A stretch of DNA of 62,000 bases from Hyalangium minutum (GTDB lineage Bacteria; Myxococcota; Myxococcia; Myxococcales; Myxococcaceae), in assembly GCF_000737315.1 (NCBI RefSeq), contig NZ_JMCB01000008.1, positions 144,001-206,000 of the forward strand. Reading direction: 5' to 3'. Positions within the stretch are counted from its first letter, which is position 1. Every line of letters starts with the position of its first letter. Positions 20,366 to 30,468 of this stretch are shown one piece after another. Position numbers and translations under genes: made by a program. Below the pieces are notes generated by a model. It saw only the letters and a program-made list of their open reading frames with translations, did not search any database and was not told the DNA's origin.

Positions 20366-21349
20366 ATGGAGACCATTCAGGTTCCAATCATCGGGTGGAT
20401 TGCCTTCGGCGTGCTGGTGCTGGGACTGCTCGCTGTGGATCTGCTGGCCCACCGGAAGAAGCACGGCGAGTCCAAGCGCAGCGCCATGGCGTGGAGTGCT
20501 GGGTGGATCGCGCTCGGACTGAGCTTCAGCGTGTTTGTCTGGAAGATGTTCGGCGCGCAAGCCGCGCACGAGTACCTGGGCGCGTGGCTCATCGAGAAGA
20601 GCCTGAGCCTGGACAACCTCTTCGTCTTCCTCGTCATCTTCCGCAGCCTCAGTGTCCCCGAAGACGAGCAGCGGCGCGTGCTGTTCTGGGGCATCTTCGG
20701 GGCGCTGCTGTTCCGGGCCCTGTTCATCTTCGCGGGGGTGGAGGCGCTGGAGCACTGGCACGCCGTCGTCTACGTGTTCGGCGCGATTCTGCTCGTCACC
20801 GCCATCCGGGTCGCCTTCGAGGACCCGGCGCGCCAGCGCGAGAGCTCGGTGGTGCGGTGGCTCTCCCACCGGCTGCCGATCAGCGCGTCGGTGGATGGGC
20901 CGCACTTCTTCACCAAGCAGATGGGGAGGCGCATGGCAACGCCGCTGCTGGTGGCGCTGATCGCCATCGAGATCACGGACATCGCGTTCGCGGTCGACTC
21001 GGTGCCTGCGGCGCTGGCGGTGACCCAGAAACCCTTCCTTGTCTACACGTCGAACGTGTTCGCCATCCTCGGCTTGAGGGCGCTCTACATCGCGCTGGCA
21101 CATGTCATCTCGGAGCTGCGCTACCTGCACTATGGGCTCGCTGCGGTGCTGGCGTTCGCGGGGCTGAAGATGATTGTTCCGGACCGCTGGGTGCACGTGC
21201 CACCGCTGGCCTCGGCGCTGGTCGTCCTCGTGTGCATCGGAACCGCAGTCGCCGCGAGCCTCTGGTCCCGGGCCCGGAAGCGCAGGCGTGAACAGAAGCC
21301 CAAGAGCCCAGGGCCGGGAGAAGCTGGGCACCGCGAAGTCCCAGTCTGA
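20366..21349 (+). CDS. TerC/Alx family membrane protein
   Basis: IEKSLSLDNLFVF, QRRVLFWGIFGALLFR and DIAFAVDSVPA...YTSNVFAILGLRALY motifs. Confidence 0.92.
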   Translation: METIQVPIIGWIAFGVLVLGLLAVDLLAHRKKHGESKRSAMAWSAGWIALGLSFSVFVWKMFGAQAAHEYLGAWLIEKSLSLDNLFVFLVIFRSLSVPEDEQRRVLFWGIFGALLFRALFIFAGVEALEHWHAVVYVFGAILLVTAIRVAFEDPARQRESSVVRWLSHRLPISASVDGPHFFTKQMGRRMATPLLVALIAIEITDIAFAVDSVPAALAVTQKPFLVYTSNVFAILGLRALYIALAHVISELRYLHYGLAAVLAFAGLKMIVPDRWVHVPPLASALVVLVCIGTAVAASLWSRARKRRREQKPKSPGPGEAGHREVPV

Positions 21350-21377
21350 AGCCCGGCACGGAGCCGAGGGACGCGCT

Positions 21378-21761
21378 ATGAAGAGGGGCATGAGGCACGT
21401 GTTCCAGAACGGCGAAGTGCTGGCGGCCAGCCTGCTCGTGGCATGCGCCGTGGGACCTCGGGAACTGCGCGACGAGGGCAGCGAGCGCATCGAGGAGGCC
21501 ATGCGTCCGGAACCGCACCCGGACGTGCTCCCAGAGGGAATCTTCCTGGGAGACGATGCGCCTCCGCTCGCGCCCTCGGAGTCCGAGGTAGCAAGTGCCA
21601 CGGGAGATGCGCCCTCAAATGCCGAGCCTCCGCAGCCTGGGTGGCTCTACGGCACCGTACCTGTGATTGTTCCGGGTCCGGTGTTCGGTCCGTCTCCCGG
21701 CGCCGTGCGCTACCACATCGAGCCCAAGCCCGGAGGCAGCATCCCAGGTTTGCTACCCTGA
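21378..21761 (+). CDS. Hypothetical Pro-rich protein, possible lipoprotein
   Basis: ATG after GAGGG, an LLVAC lipobox-like motif and a 127-aa ORF. No recognisable domain. Confidence 0.45.
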   Translation: MKRGMRHVFQNGEVLAASLLVACAVGPRELRDEGSERIEEAMRPEPHPDVLPEGIFLGDDAPPLAPSESEVASATGDAPSNAEPPQPGWLYGTVPVIVPGPVFGPSPGAVRYHIEPKPGGSIPGLLP

Positions 21762-21791
21762 GCCTCCCTAACATTCTGGAGAGGTCTCCCC

Positions 21792-22070
21792 ATGGTTTCT
21801 GAGGGGTCCTATAGCCCGCGTTTCTTCGTCCTTGAACAGGACATATTCGGGCCCCACGACACCAAGTTCGACACGACCGGGGCTGTCATTTTGGGAGACG
21901 CTCCGCGGTGCCCACGATGTGGTGCTCCCATCGGCATGCGGACGTGGCTGCCTCCCTATCGTGTCGAGCTTGAGTTGCACGGCCGCACTCCGAGAAGCCG
22001 ACCTCACTCGGCGTCAAATTGTCCTGGCATACTCCAGAACGGGCCACCCTTGACCCACGGCCCCGCTTGA
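21792..22070 (+). pseudogene. Truncated myxobacterial CxxCG-motif (immunity-like) gene remnant
   Basis: The N-terminus RFFVLEQDIFGPHDTKFD...GDAPRCPRCGAPIGMRTWLPPYRVELELHG looks like a real family N-terminus. It degenerates near 21985 and stops early. Confidence 0.5.
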
Positions 22071-22086
22071 ATGAAAGGACGTGGCC

Positions 22087-23010
22087 ATGCGTCTCCGGAC
22101 GTGCAGCGCCCCCCTGCTCCTGCTCCTTCTCTCGGCCTGCGCAACGATGGATCCGATCCCGGGAGAACCGGAGGACCCGAGCCCGAGACTCACCAACCTT
22201 CAGCGGGCGGCGCTCTACCCCTGGACGGACGACGGGCATTGCGTGGTGCGCGAAGCCGCGAACGAATGGCCCGTCCTGGCGGAGCGGTGCTTTCACGCTC
22301 TTGATCGCGACAGAGTCAGGTTTCGGGACGTCACAAAAAGATGCGCTGTCGCCTCTGCGGTTGCGGCTGCCGTGCCCATGAGCGTAGCGCTCTGCATCTT
22401 CGCGTCGCCGGCAGTGGTAACTGGAGCGGTGATTGTGATTGGCGCGGTGGTGGTGGCAGCCGCCATCCAAGAGGGGATTGATACCTATCAACGAAACGCA
22501 TCCCGCGAGCGCGCGAAGACCAAGACTCAGACACAGCCCTCCAGTGAGCAGGAGCCCGTAGCGAACAGAGATCCCAAACCGAAGGGCTTGGGTCGAGACT
22601 GGCTCCCTCCCATTTCATCCGATCCCTCGGAGCGACCTGAGTGCAGGACGATCCCAGGACCTCCCCGTGGAGGAAACGAGCCGCATAACGAGTGTGCCAA
22701 CAAGGTTCCAGGCAACGATTTCCCCGGCCTGAATGTACTTATCACCGGCAAGAGCACAAGTAAGAGCTTCGATGCGCTGGTACTCGCTACGCGCACGCTG
22801 TGGGAAGTTAAAACCTACAACCTTGGCCACCAATCACCCCGCTCTCGGAAATTCCTTGTCGAAGTCAAATTGCCGCAACTCAGAGAAGAAGCCAAGCTTG
22901 CCAAGGAATGTGGCTATAACTTCGTCGTTGGCGTCACGAGCGCTGAGCACAAGGCGCTACTCCAGAGCTTGGAACCGAGCCTCGCGGTCGTTGTCATGGA
23001 TTGGTGCTGA
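22087..23010 (+). CDS. Lipoprotein polymorphic toxin (SitA-like) with a C-terminal PD-(D/E)xK restriction-endonuclease-fold domain (DUF6310-like)
   Basis: Lipobox LLLSAC, central hydrophobic helices (AVVTGAVIVIGAVVVAAAI) and C-terminal HNECAN...FDAL...LWEVKT nuclease motif. Abuts a putative immunity gene. Confidence 0.75.
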   Translation: MRLRTCSAPLLLLLLSACATMDPIPGEPEDPSPRLTNLQRAALYPWTDDGHCVVREAANEWPVLAERCFHALDRDRVRFRDVTKRCAVASAVAAAVPMSVALCIFASPAVVTGAVIVIGAVVVAAAIQEGIDTYQRNASRERAKTKTQTQPSSEQEPVANRDPKPKGLGRDWLPPISSDPSERPECRTIPGPPRGGNEPHNECANKVPGNDFPGLNVLITGKSTSKSFDALVLATRTLWEVKTYNLGHQSPRSRKFLVEVKLPQLREEAKLAKECGYNFVVGVTSAEHKALLQSLEPSLAVVVMDWC

Positions 23011-23011
23011 C

Positions 23012-23773
23012 GTGGTGCTTGTTCGCAACGAAATTGTTATCAGCGTCTATGCGCCGACGCTCGTGGGCGACGAGACACGCCCTCTTGCCATCGCTCAAGG
23101 AATGGAGCGTGCGCTTCCTGGTCTGCGGCTGGGGTGGACAACTTCTGAAAAGGAAGACCTCATCCCATTGCCTCACCGCGATCAGGGGATAGCGACAGAC
23201 AAGGGAAACGGCGATTTTTTCTTCCTCTGCAACGATGACGAAGATCGCTTGGTGACCCTTAGCGGGTCGGTGAACCCTCTCGGCCTTGCAGCCGACGGTG
23301 TGTCGCACTTCGAGGTTCATGCGAGCCTGCCGCTCGACACGGCGAGTATTGCGGCGGCAGCGGATATGCTGGCAGCCATAGGGGAATTCGCGCTCGCGTT
23401 ATGGGGGCATGCGACGCCGTTCAACGCGGGTGTGGAGATCGCAAAGCAGACGAGTCCCACGTTGGCTGGGCCCCCGTGCCCTCCCCGGGGACTGCCAGCG
23501 CTCAAACTCCCCGACAAGATCCGCTCACCTGAGATTCCGCATCGCCTGGGGTGGCTGAACTACTGGTCGGCCGCTTCCGCACGAACCATCGGGTTCCCGG
23601 ACCCGGCCTGCGATGCCGATCTGCTCACGCGAGCGCGGCGCACGGCGTCAGGCGGGTGGGTCGTGCAGCTCACGGATGCGCCGCTCGATCTCGACAACCC
23701 CGCTCACCTGGACGCGCTGAAGCGGGCCTATGAGCGCTTCCCGGAGATCGGCGGACGCGCCGATCCACGCTGA
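23012..23773 (+). CDS. Cognate immunity protein (DUF5953-like)
   Basis: GTG 1 nt after the toxin stop. PHRLGWLNYWS...GGWVVQLTDAPLDLDNPAHL motif resembles immunity proteins paired with REase-fold toxins. Confidence 0.7.
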   Translation: MVLVRNEIVISVYAPTLVGDETRPLAIAQGMERALPGLRLGWTTSEKEDLIPLPHRDQGIATDKGNGDFFFLCNDDEDRLVTLSGSVNPLGLAADGVSHFEVHASLPLDTASIAAAADMLAAIGEFALALWGHATPFNAGVEIAKQTSPTLAGPPCPPRGLPALKLPDKIRSPEIPHRLGWLNYWSAASARTIGFPDPACDADLLTRARRTASGGWVVQLTDAPLDLDNPAHLDALKRAYERFPEIGGRADPR

Positions 23774-23862
23774 CTGAGGCTAACGCGCGTTTCCCGGCGC
23801 GTGTCCACGAGGCCCGAGCTTGGGCGGCAGACGGTCATCGTCCCGGGCGCCGAATACGCAGT

Positions 23863-25059
23863 TCAAGTTCCAAGGAACTCGCGGTGCAACCGGGCCGTGA
23901 GCGGCTTCAGGTACGCCTTGTCCACCAGCAGCGACAGCTGCAGCGGCGAGGTGTGGACCGCGTGAACCCGCGCCCCCAGTTCCTCCGCCGCCAGCAGGGC
24001 GCGGCTCAGATACCCCCAGTCCGCGTTGATGCCCGCCCCCACACACGTCACCGTGCCCACCTGCTCCTGCAGCGACACGTCGTCACCGAAGCGCGTGGCC
24101 AGATCCTTCTGCACCGCCTCCAGCCCGTGCACGTCCTGCAGCGGCACCGCGATATAGGCCCGTGGCTCGCGGCCCAGCAGCCCGTCGAAGCTCAGCGCCC
24201 GGCCTCGCACGCCCCGCGCGTCCAGGAACTCGAGCAACTCCGGCAGCCGCACCCGCTCCGAGGCCGCTGACAGCACCGCCATCTCCTGCTCCGCCGTCAC
24301 GCCTTTCACCCGCGTGTCCGCTGGGCCCGCCAGTTCCTGCACCGCCGTGCCCGTCCCCTGCCCGTGCGCCGTGCGCGCCAGGATGACGATCCCCTTCGCC
24401 TTGGCGAACTCCACTGCCTGCGCGTTGAGCACCTTTGCCCCCGCGCTCGCCAGCTCCTGCATCTCATCGTACGTGAGCGACTCCAGCTTGCGCGCGTCCG
24501 GCACCACCCGTGGGTCCGCCGAGAAGATGCCATCCACGTCCGAGTAGATCTCACACGCCTCGGCCTCGAGCGCCGCCGCCAGCGCCACCGCCGTCGTGTC
24601 CGAGCCACCACGCCCCAGCGTCGTCACCTCCTTCTTATAGGAGACGCCCTGGTACCCTGCGACGATGACCACCTTGCCCCGATCCAGCTCCTCGAAGACC
24701 CGGTAAGGGCGTACCTCCACGATGCGCGCCTGCGAATGCGTGTCGTTGGTGATGATGCCACTCTGGCTGCCCGTGAAGCTGATGGCCGGCACTTCCAGCT
24801 CCTGAAGCGCCATGGACAGCAGCGCCATGGAGATGCGCTCGCCGCACGTCAGCAGCATGTCCAGTTCGCGCCGCGGAGGGTCGGGCGACACCTGCTTGGC
24901 CAGCGAGAGCAGGTCGTCCGTGGTGTCCCCCATGGCGGAGACGACGACCACTACCTGGTAGCCCGCCTCGCGCTTGGCTTTCACGCGCTGAGCCACCTTG
25001 CGAATCTTCTCCACATCCGCGACCGACGAGCCGCCGTACTTCTGGACCACGATGGGCAT
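23863..25059 (-). CDS. lysC: Aspartate kinase
   Basis: [40 protein letters not shown] and [11 protein letters not shown] motifs. Confidence 0.93.
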   Translation of the reverse strand: MPIVVQKYGGSSVADVEKIRKVAQRVKAKREAGYQVVVVVSAMGDTTDDLLSLAKQVSPDPPRRELDMLLTCGERISMALLSMALQELEVPAISFTGSQSGIITNDTHSQARIVEVRPYRVFEELDRGKVVIVAGYQGVSYKKEVTTLGRGGSDTTAVALAAALEAEACEIYSDVDGIFSADPRVVPDARKLESLTYDEMQELASAGAKVLNAQAVEFAKAKGIVILARTAHGQGTGTAVQELAGPADTRVKGVTAEQEMAVLSAASERVRLPELLEFLDARGVRGRALSFDGLLGREPRAYIAVPLQDVHGLEAVQKDLATRFGDDVSLQEQVGTVTCVGAGINADWGYLSRALLAAEELGARVHAVHTSPLQLSLLVDKAYLKPLTARLHREFLGT

Positions 25060-25168
25060 ATCCGCCTCGTTACCTTGTTGGGCGTGGCCGGGAAACCACA
25101 CCGAGAGACTTCCATGCAGGACGCCGGCCAACAGCACGCACGGTCTGACCGAGCAACCGGCCGACTCC

Positions 25169-25196
25169 TTGACAGGTTGGGATCCCCCCATATACC
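25169..25196 (+). promoter_or_regulatory. Putative sigma70-type promoter of the ABC operon
   Basis: TTGACA-N16-TATACC, ending 18 nt upstream of the ATG at 25215. Confidence 0.45.
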
Positions 25197-25214
25197 CAGG
25201 CCGGAGGCTTCCCC

Positions 25215-25943
25215 ATGGCGATGATTGAGGTTCAGAACCTCACGAAGCGGTACCGGGACCGGAGTGCCATCGAGGGACTCACCTTCAGCGTCAACGAAGG
25301 GGAGATCCTGGGCTTCCTGGGTCCCAACGGAGCGGGCAAGTCCACGACCATGAAGATCCTCACCGGGTTCCTGCCCCCGTCCATGGGCACGGCCAAGGTG
25401 GCGGGCTTCGATGTCTTCGAGCAGCCGCTCGAGGTGAAGCGTCGCATCGGCTACCTGCCAGAGACGCCGCCGCTCTACCCGGAGATGACGGTGCGCGGGT
25501 ACCTGAAGTTCGTCGCCGAGCTCAAGAAGGTCCCCGGCCGCGGACTGAAGGCCGAGCTCGACCGGGTGGCGGGCCTCACCGGGCTGTCGGACATCATGGA
25601 CCGCGTCATCCAGAACCTCTCCAAGGGCTACAAGCAGCGCGTGGGCATCGCGCAGGCCCTGCTCGGCTCGCCGCCGGTCCTCATCCTCGACGAGCCCACC
25701 GAGGGGCTCGACCCTTCGCAGCGCGCCGACGTGCGCTCCCTCATCAAGGGGCTCGCGGGCAAGCACACCCTCATCCTCTCCACGCACATCCTGCCGGAGG
25801 TGACGATGACGTGTGAGAAGGTGCTCATCATCCACCAGGGGAAGATGGTCGCCTACGACGAGATCCAGAAGCTCGTCTCCGTGCACGGACAGGCGGCCAA
25901 CGTCTCGCTCGAAGAGATCTTCATCAAGCTCACGGCGGCCTGA
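25215..25943 (+). CDS. ABC transporter ATP-binding protein (GldA-like)
   Basis: [19 protein letters not shown] signature, ILDEPT and STHIL. Confidence 0.93.
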   Translation: MAMIEVQNLTKRYRDRSAIEGLTFSVNEGEILGFLGPNGAGKSTTMKILTGFLPPSMGTAKVAGFDVFEQPLEVKRRIGYLPETPPLYPEMTVRGYLKFVAELKKVPGRGLKAELDRVAGLTGLSDIMDRVIQNLSKGYKQRVGIAQALLGSPPVLILDEPTEGLDPSQRADVRSLIKGLAGKHTLILSTHILPEVTMTCEKVLIIHQGKMVAYDEIQKLVSVHGQAANVSLEEIFIKLTAA

Positions 25944-25976
25944 GGGCCCCCTCCCCCGTTCCCGAGAGGATTTCCC

Positions 25977-26780
25977 ATGCGCACCGCCTTGGCGATCGCC
26001 CGCAAGGAGCTGTCCATCTACTTCACCACCCCGTGGGCCTACGTGGTCTTCACGGCCATGGTGGCGCTGTCCTCGTTCTTCTTCATGGGCCTGCTGCAGG
26101 CCTTCCAGCAGGTGCAGGAGATGGCCCAGGCCGTCGGCTGGAACCAGCTGCCCCCAGACGCCGCCAGCTACCGCAACCTCACCGACGGCGTCGTCGTCCA
26201 GCTGTGGGGCGTGGTCCTCATCGTCACGCTCTTCGTGGCGCCCTTCCTCTCCATGCGCCTGTTCGCCGAGGAGAAGCGCAACAAGACCTTCGAGCTGCTG
26301 ATGACGACGCCCGTGCGTCCCTTCGAACTCGTGCTGGGCAAGTACCTGGGCGGGCTGGGCATCATCTCCGCCACGTTGGGGCTCACCATCGTCTTTCCGC
26401 TCATGCTGACGGTATTCGGAGCGAGCGAGACAGGCTCGGTGCTGGAGTGGCCCACGGTGCTGCTCGGCTATGGGGCGGTGCTGCTGTGGGGCGCGACGTG
26501 CATGGCGGTGGGCATGTTCATCTCCGCGCTCACCGAGAGCCAGATGGTCGCCGCGCTGCTCACCTTCGCGGTGATGCTGCCGTGGATGCTGCTGCGCGGG
26601 CTGGCACAGGGCGTGGAGGAGCCCCTGCACTCGCTCATCACCTACCTGGCCTTCGACTCGCAGCTGTCGAACCTCATCAAGGGCGTGCTGGATCTCAAGG
26701 CGCTCGTGTTCTTCCTGTCCGTCATCCTCTTCTCGCTGCTGCTCACCCATCGCACCGTGGAGGCTCAGCGCTGGGCGTAG
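25977..26780 (+). CDS. ABC-2 type permease (GldF-like)
   Basis: Multiple TM helices and the SMRLFAEEKRNKTFELLMTTP...LVLGKYLG motif. Confidence 0.88.
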   Translation: MRTALAIARKELSIYFTTPWAYVVFTAMVALSSFFFMGLLQAFQQVQEMAQAVGWNQLPPDAASYRNLTDGVVVQLWGVVLIVTLFVAPFLSMRLFAEEKRNKTFELLMTTPVRPFELVLGKYLGGLGIISATLGLTIVFPLMLTVFGASETGSVLEWPTVLLGYGAVLLWGATCMAVGMFISALTESQMVAALLTFAVMLPWMLLRGLAQGVEEPLHSLITYLAFDSQLSNLIKGVLDLKALVFFLSVILFSLLLTHRTVEAQRWA

Positions 26781-26798
26781 CCCTGGCGCGAGGAACCC

Positions 26799-28370
26799 AT
26801 GAACTTCTCCTCTGTCGGAAAGATTCTCGGTGCGCTCGGGCTCCTGCTGCTGCTGTCGAGCCCGTTCACCCTGTTCTTCACCTCGGGCTCCGTGGCGCTC
26901 ACGGCGGCCAAGGCTGTGTCGGGCCTCGTGCTGCTGGGCATCTACTTCGCCACCAACTTCCAGCAGTTCGGCCAGTTCGCCACGCGGCGCTCCAGCTTCT
27001 TCTTCGCCACCTCCATGCTGATGGGAGTGGTGACACTGGGCGGGCTGGGCGCGCTCAACTACATCGCGTTCAAGAAGAACAAGAGCTGGGACCTGACGAA
27101 GCAGAAGGTCTTCACCCTGGCGCCGCAGACGACCACCACGCTCACCGGGCTCAAGGAGAAGGTGCGCGCCATCGGCTTCATGCCTCCCAGCCACCAGTAC
27201 TACGACATGGTGGAGCAGCTCTTCCGGCGCTACCAGGCTGCGGCCCCCGACAAGTTCGAGTACTCCTTCAAGGATCCCGCGCGTCACCCGGATCTGGCGG
27301 CCAAGTACCAGCTCAAAGAGGGCCAGACCACGGTGGTGCTCGTGCGCGGCGAGGGCGACAAGGAGTCGCACACCACCCTCAACATGCTCTCCGAGCAGGA
27401 CCTCACCAACGCCCTCATCAAGATCAACTCGGTGGGCTCGCAGAAGGTGTACTTCCTCACCGGCCACGGCGAGTGGCCACTGGAGGCCGAGGCCGCCGCG
27501 CCGGGCGATCCCGGTGGAGCGCTCTCGGAGTTCCGCAAGCACCTGCTCCAGGAGGGCTACACCGCCGAGGAGCTGAACCTGGCAGGGCAGAAGGAGGTCC
27601 CCCGGGACGCGTCGCTGGTGATCATTCCCGGCGCGAAGACGCCCTACACGGCGCCGGAGGCGGAGGCGCTGCGCCAGTACCTCGCGCAGGGTGGGCGGAT
27701 GCTCTACTTCGCGGACTTCAACGCCGAGCCGAAGCTGGACGCGCTCCTGGCCGAGTACGGCGTCGAGGTGGACAAGGGCATCGCCGCGGACCCGCAGTTC
27801 AACAGCGGCAACCCCTATGCACTGGTCTCCGCCTTCTACAGCGAGCACGAGCTGACCCGGCCCCTGCGCCAGCTCAAGCTCAACATCGAGTTCCCCACGG
27901 CGCGCAGCCTCACGGTGCTGCGCCAGGGCATGGCCGAGGGCGTCAAGGCCGAGCCCGTGGTGCTCTCCTCCCCCTTCGCGTGGGTGGAGACGACGCCGGC
28001 CGCGGACGCCACCCCCTCGGATGGCGAGAAGTCCGGCCAGCTCGTCCTGGTGGCCGCCGCCACGCGGGACACGAAGAACGCCCCGGACAAGCGCTTCGAT
28101 GAGGCGCGCGTGGTGGTGATGGGTGACTCGGAGATCCTCCTGGACGCCAACTGGGGCCACGAGGCCAACCGCAACCTCGTGCTGAATGCGCTCGGCTGGG
28201 CGTCGAACCAGGTCGAGAAGATCACCATCCGCCCGCCGGACCGCGACGTGTCCACATTGCAGATGGATCCGGACATGCTGGAGAACATCCGCTTCGTGTC
28301 CACGGACCTGCTGCCCCTGACCCTCATGGGCATGGGGCTGGCCATCTGGCTGTCGAGGCGAAACAAGTGA
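26799..28370 (+). CDS. GldG-family ABC transporter auxiliary protein
   Basis: N-terminal TMs, WDLTKQKVFTL and KVYFLTGHGE motifs, and a C-terminal TM. Confidence 0.85.
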   Translation: MNFSSVGKILGALGLLLLLSSPFTLFFTSGSVALTAAKAVSGLVLLGIYFATNFQQFGQFATRRSSFFFATSMLMGVVTLGGLGALNYIAFKKNKSWDLTKQKVFTLAPQTTTTLTGLKEKVRAIGFMPPSHQYYDMVEQLFRRYQAAAPDKFEYSFKDPARHPDLAAKYQLKEGQTTVVLVRGEGDKESHTTLNMLSEQDLTNALIKINSVGSQKVYFLTGHGEWPLEAEAAAPGDPGGALSEFRKHLLQEGYTAEELNLAGQKEVPRDASLVIIPGAKTPYTAPEAEALRQYLAQGGRMLYFADFNAEPKLDALLAEYGVEVDKGIAADPQFNSGNPYALVSAFYSEHELTRPLRQLKLNIEFPTARSLTVLRQGMAEGVKAEPVVLSSPFAWVETTPAADATPSDGEKSGQLVLVAAATRDTKNAPDKRFDEARVVVMGDSEILLDANWGHEANRNLVLNALGWASNQVEKITIRPPDRDVSTLQMDPDMLENIRFVSTDLLPLTLMGMGLAIWLSRRNK

Positions 28371-29911
28371 AGCAGACCCAAAAGAACCTCGTCACCCTGG
28401 TGCTGGCCACCGCCGCCGCTGCGGGCCTGGGCCTCTACGCGTACTTCGGAGTGAAGGAGCCGGAGCGGAAGGAGGCCGTGCGCAAGGAACAAGCCGAGAA
28501 GCTCTTCGCTCCCGAGACTCCCGGCGAGAAGCCCACTCAGGGCGCCACCGCTCCTGCGGCCGTCTTCACGCAGCTCACCGTCCAGTCCAAGGGCATCACC
28601 GCGACGCTGGAGCGCCAAGGCACCACGTGGTTCCTCACCGCTCCGGTGAAGGGCAAGGCGGACAAGCCCACCGTGGAGGGCATCCTCGCCCAGCTGCACG
28701 CCGGTAAGTTCAAGGCCACCGTCGAGGAGGCTCCCACCGACGAGGACCTCAAGAAGTACGGCCTCCTGCCTCCCGTGTTCTCGGTGGCGGCGAAGGCCTA
28801 TGTCCCGGACGCCTCAGGCGGTGGTCAGGACGATCCCGCGCGCCAGCGCACGGTGACGCTGCTCGGCGGCATCGAGAACACCTTCGATGGCTCCCTGTAC
28901 GTGCGCCGCGATGGCGACCCACGCGTGTACTCCGCGGATGGCTCCGTGCGCTACGCACTGGAGAAGGATCTGTACGCGCTGCGTGACAAGGAGTTCCTGG
29001 GGTTCGAAGAGGCCTCGCTGAAGGCGATCGAGGTGAAGACCCCAGCGACCAGCTACTCGCTGGAGCGGGAGGCGGATAAGTCCTGGCGGTTGACGAAGCC
29101 CCTGACGGTGCGCGCGGACGGAGAGCGCGTGAAGAAGGCCCTTCTGGCCCTCAAGGAGCAGCGTGCGCTCTCCTTCCCCATGGACTCCGCCGCGGAGCGC
29201 TCGAAGCTGGGCCTGGACAAGCCCGTGGTGGAGGCACGCTTCACGCTCGACCCGGGCGATCCCGTGCGGCTGCGGTTCTCCCTGGTCCCCGAAGGCTCCG
29301 GAGCGAAGGTGTATGCGCTGCGCGAGCAGGGCTCGGAGGCGACGCTCGCTGAGGTCCCCGAAGGCGCGCTCACCGTGCTGAACCTGAGCCTCCCAGAACT
29401 GCGGACCAAGACCGTGCTGAGCTTCAAGCGCGAGGACGTGAAGCGCATCGTCTTCTACCCGGGCGCTGGGGCACCGCCGGCGGTTCTGTCCAACAAGAAC
29501 CCGGCCGCGAACGCGCTGCAGGGCTGGGAGCTGGAGGAGCCCATCACGGGCAAGGTCGAGGGGCTCAAGGTGGCCTCGCTGCTCAGCCTCCTGAGCAGCG
29601 TCAAGGCCTCCAGCTTCGGCGAAGCCAACCCGAAGTGGGAGCAGTACGGCATCACCGACAACGCTCGCAGCTTCTCGCTGCAGGACACGAGCGGCAAGGA
29701 GCTGGCACGGCTGTGGCTTGGCGGCGCGGTGCCGAACAAGGAAGGATCTGTCTACGCCCGGGGATCCAACCCCGAAGTGGCCGAGGTGGAGGCAGCGTGG
29801 CTGGCCCACCTCCCCGAGCGCGCCGAGGACTTCTTGCAGGCCTCCGCCACCGCTGGAACGGACGGTGGCACCCCCGACACGGACGGTGGAGTTCCTGAGG
29901 ACTCGCCCTGA
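28367..29911 (+). CDS. DUF4340-like periplasmic protein
   Basis: N-terminal membrane anchor, a repeated W-x-L-x-x-P...A-D...L / YGL motif (three repeats) and a GTGA overlap with the GldG-like gene. Confidence 0.75.
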   Translation: MKQTQKNLVTLVLATAAAAGLGLYAYFGVKEPERKEAVRKEQAEKLFAPETPGEKPTQGATAPAAVFTQLTVQSKGITATLERQGTTWFLTAPVKGKADKPTVEGILAQLHAGKFKATVEEAPTDEDLKKYGLLPPVFSVAAKAYVPDASGGGQDDPARQRTVTLLGGIENTFDGSLYVRRDGDPRVYSADGSVRYALEKDLYALRDKEFLGFEEASLKAIEVKTPATSYSLEREADKSWRLTKPLTVRADGERVKKALLALKEQRALSFPMDSAAERSKLGLDKPVVEARFTLDPGDPVRLRFSLVPEGSGAKVYALREQGSEATLAEVPEGALTVLNLSLPELRTKTVLSFKREDVKRIVFYPGAGAPPAVLSNKNPAANALQGWELEEPITGKVEGLKVASLLSLLSSVKASSFGEANPKWEQYGITDNARSFSLQDTSGKELARLWLGGAVPNKEGSVYARGSNPEVAEVEAAWLAHLPERAEDFLQASATAGTDGGTPDTDGGVPEDSP

Positions 29912-29912
29912 G

Positions 29913-30443
29913 TCAGACGCGGAAGGGACCCATTGAGCCCTCGGGCCAGACGACCCGAGGCTCCGCCCCTTCCGGCACGTGGGCGATGATGGCGCCCTCC
30001 AGGTAGCCCTCTTCCTCCAGGGCCTCGACGAGGGTGCGGACGGCGACCTCCGGCACCATGACTCGGCAGAAGACGTTCATCCGCCCAGGCTGGGTCTCAC
30101 CCCCCTCGACTTCGCCGTTGCCCGTCCAGCCGAGGATGTCGGTGAGCAGTTCCTCCACGGCGTTGCGCTTCTCGAAGTCGTGCCCCGTGCCCTTCCCCTG
30201 CACGGGGTACTGAATGACGAGCGGCGCCATGGCCTCCGGATCGGGCTCGTCGTAGCCCTCGTCCACGAGCGGCCCGGCGGCCTCCGCGAGCACCATGTCC
30301 GGGTCCTCTCCGGCGGGGGCTGAGATCGTCTGGTGCTGCCCCATCTCCCCGACGATCCCGTGGTGCACGGACAGCCCGTTGTCGTCCACCCACGCTTCCC
30401 AGTAGCGAAGCGTGTCCCCGTCCTTCTTGTAGAGCCTCAGCAC
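29913..30443 (-). CDS. WGR-like domain protein
   Basis: LRYWEAWVDDNGLSVHHGIVGEMGQ...GY pattern resembles the WGR domain. The protein is highly acidic. Confidence 0.6.
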   Translation of the reverse strand: MLRLYKKDGDTLRYWEAWVDDNGLSVHHGIVGEMGQHQTISAPAGEDPDMVLAEAAGPLVDEGYDEPDPEAMAPLVIQYPVQGKGTGHDFEKRNAVEELLTDILGWTGNGEVEGGETQPGRMNVFCRVMVPEVAVRTLVEALEEEGYLEGAIIAHVPEGAEPRVVWPEGSMGPFRV

Positions 30444-30468
30444 ACGAGCACCCTACCGCTCCCGCGCC

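Noticed and set aside
25060-25214. Lysine or SAM riboswitch upstream of aspartokinase
   Set aside because: The 155-nt region is shared with a divergent promoter and has no recognisable conserved riboswitch core.
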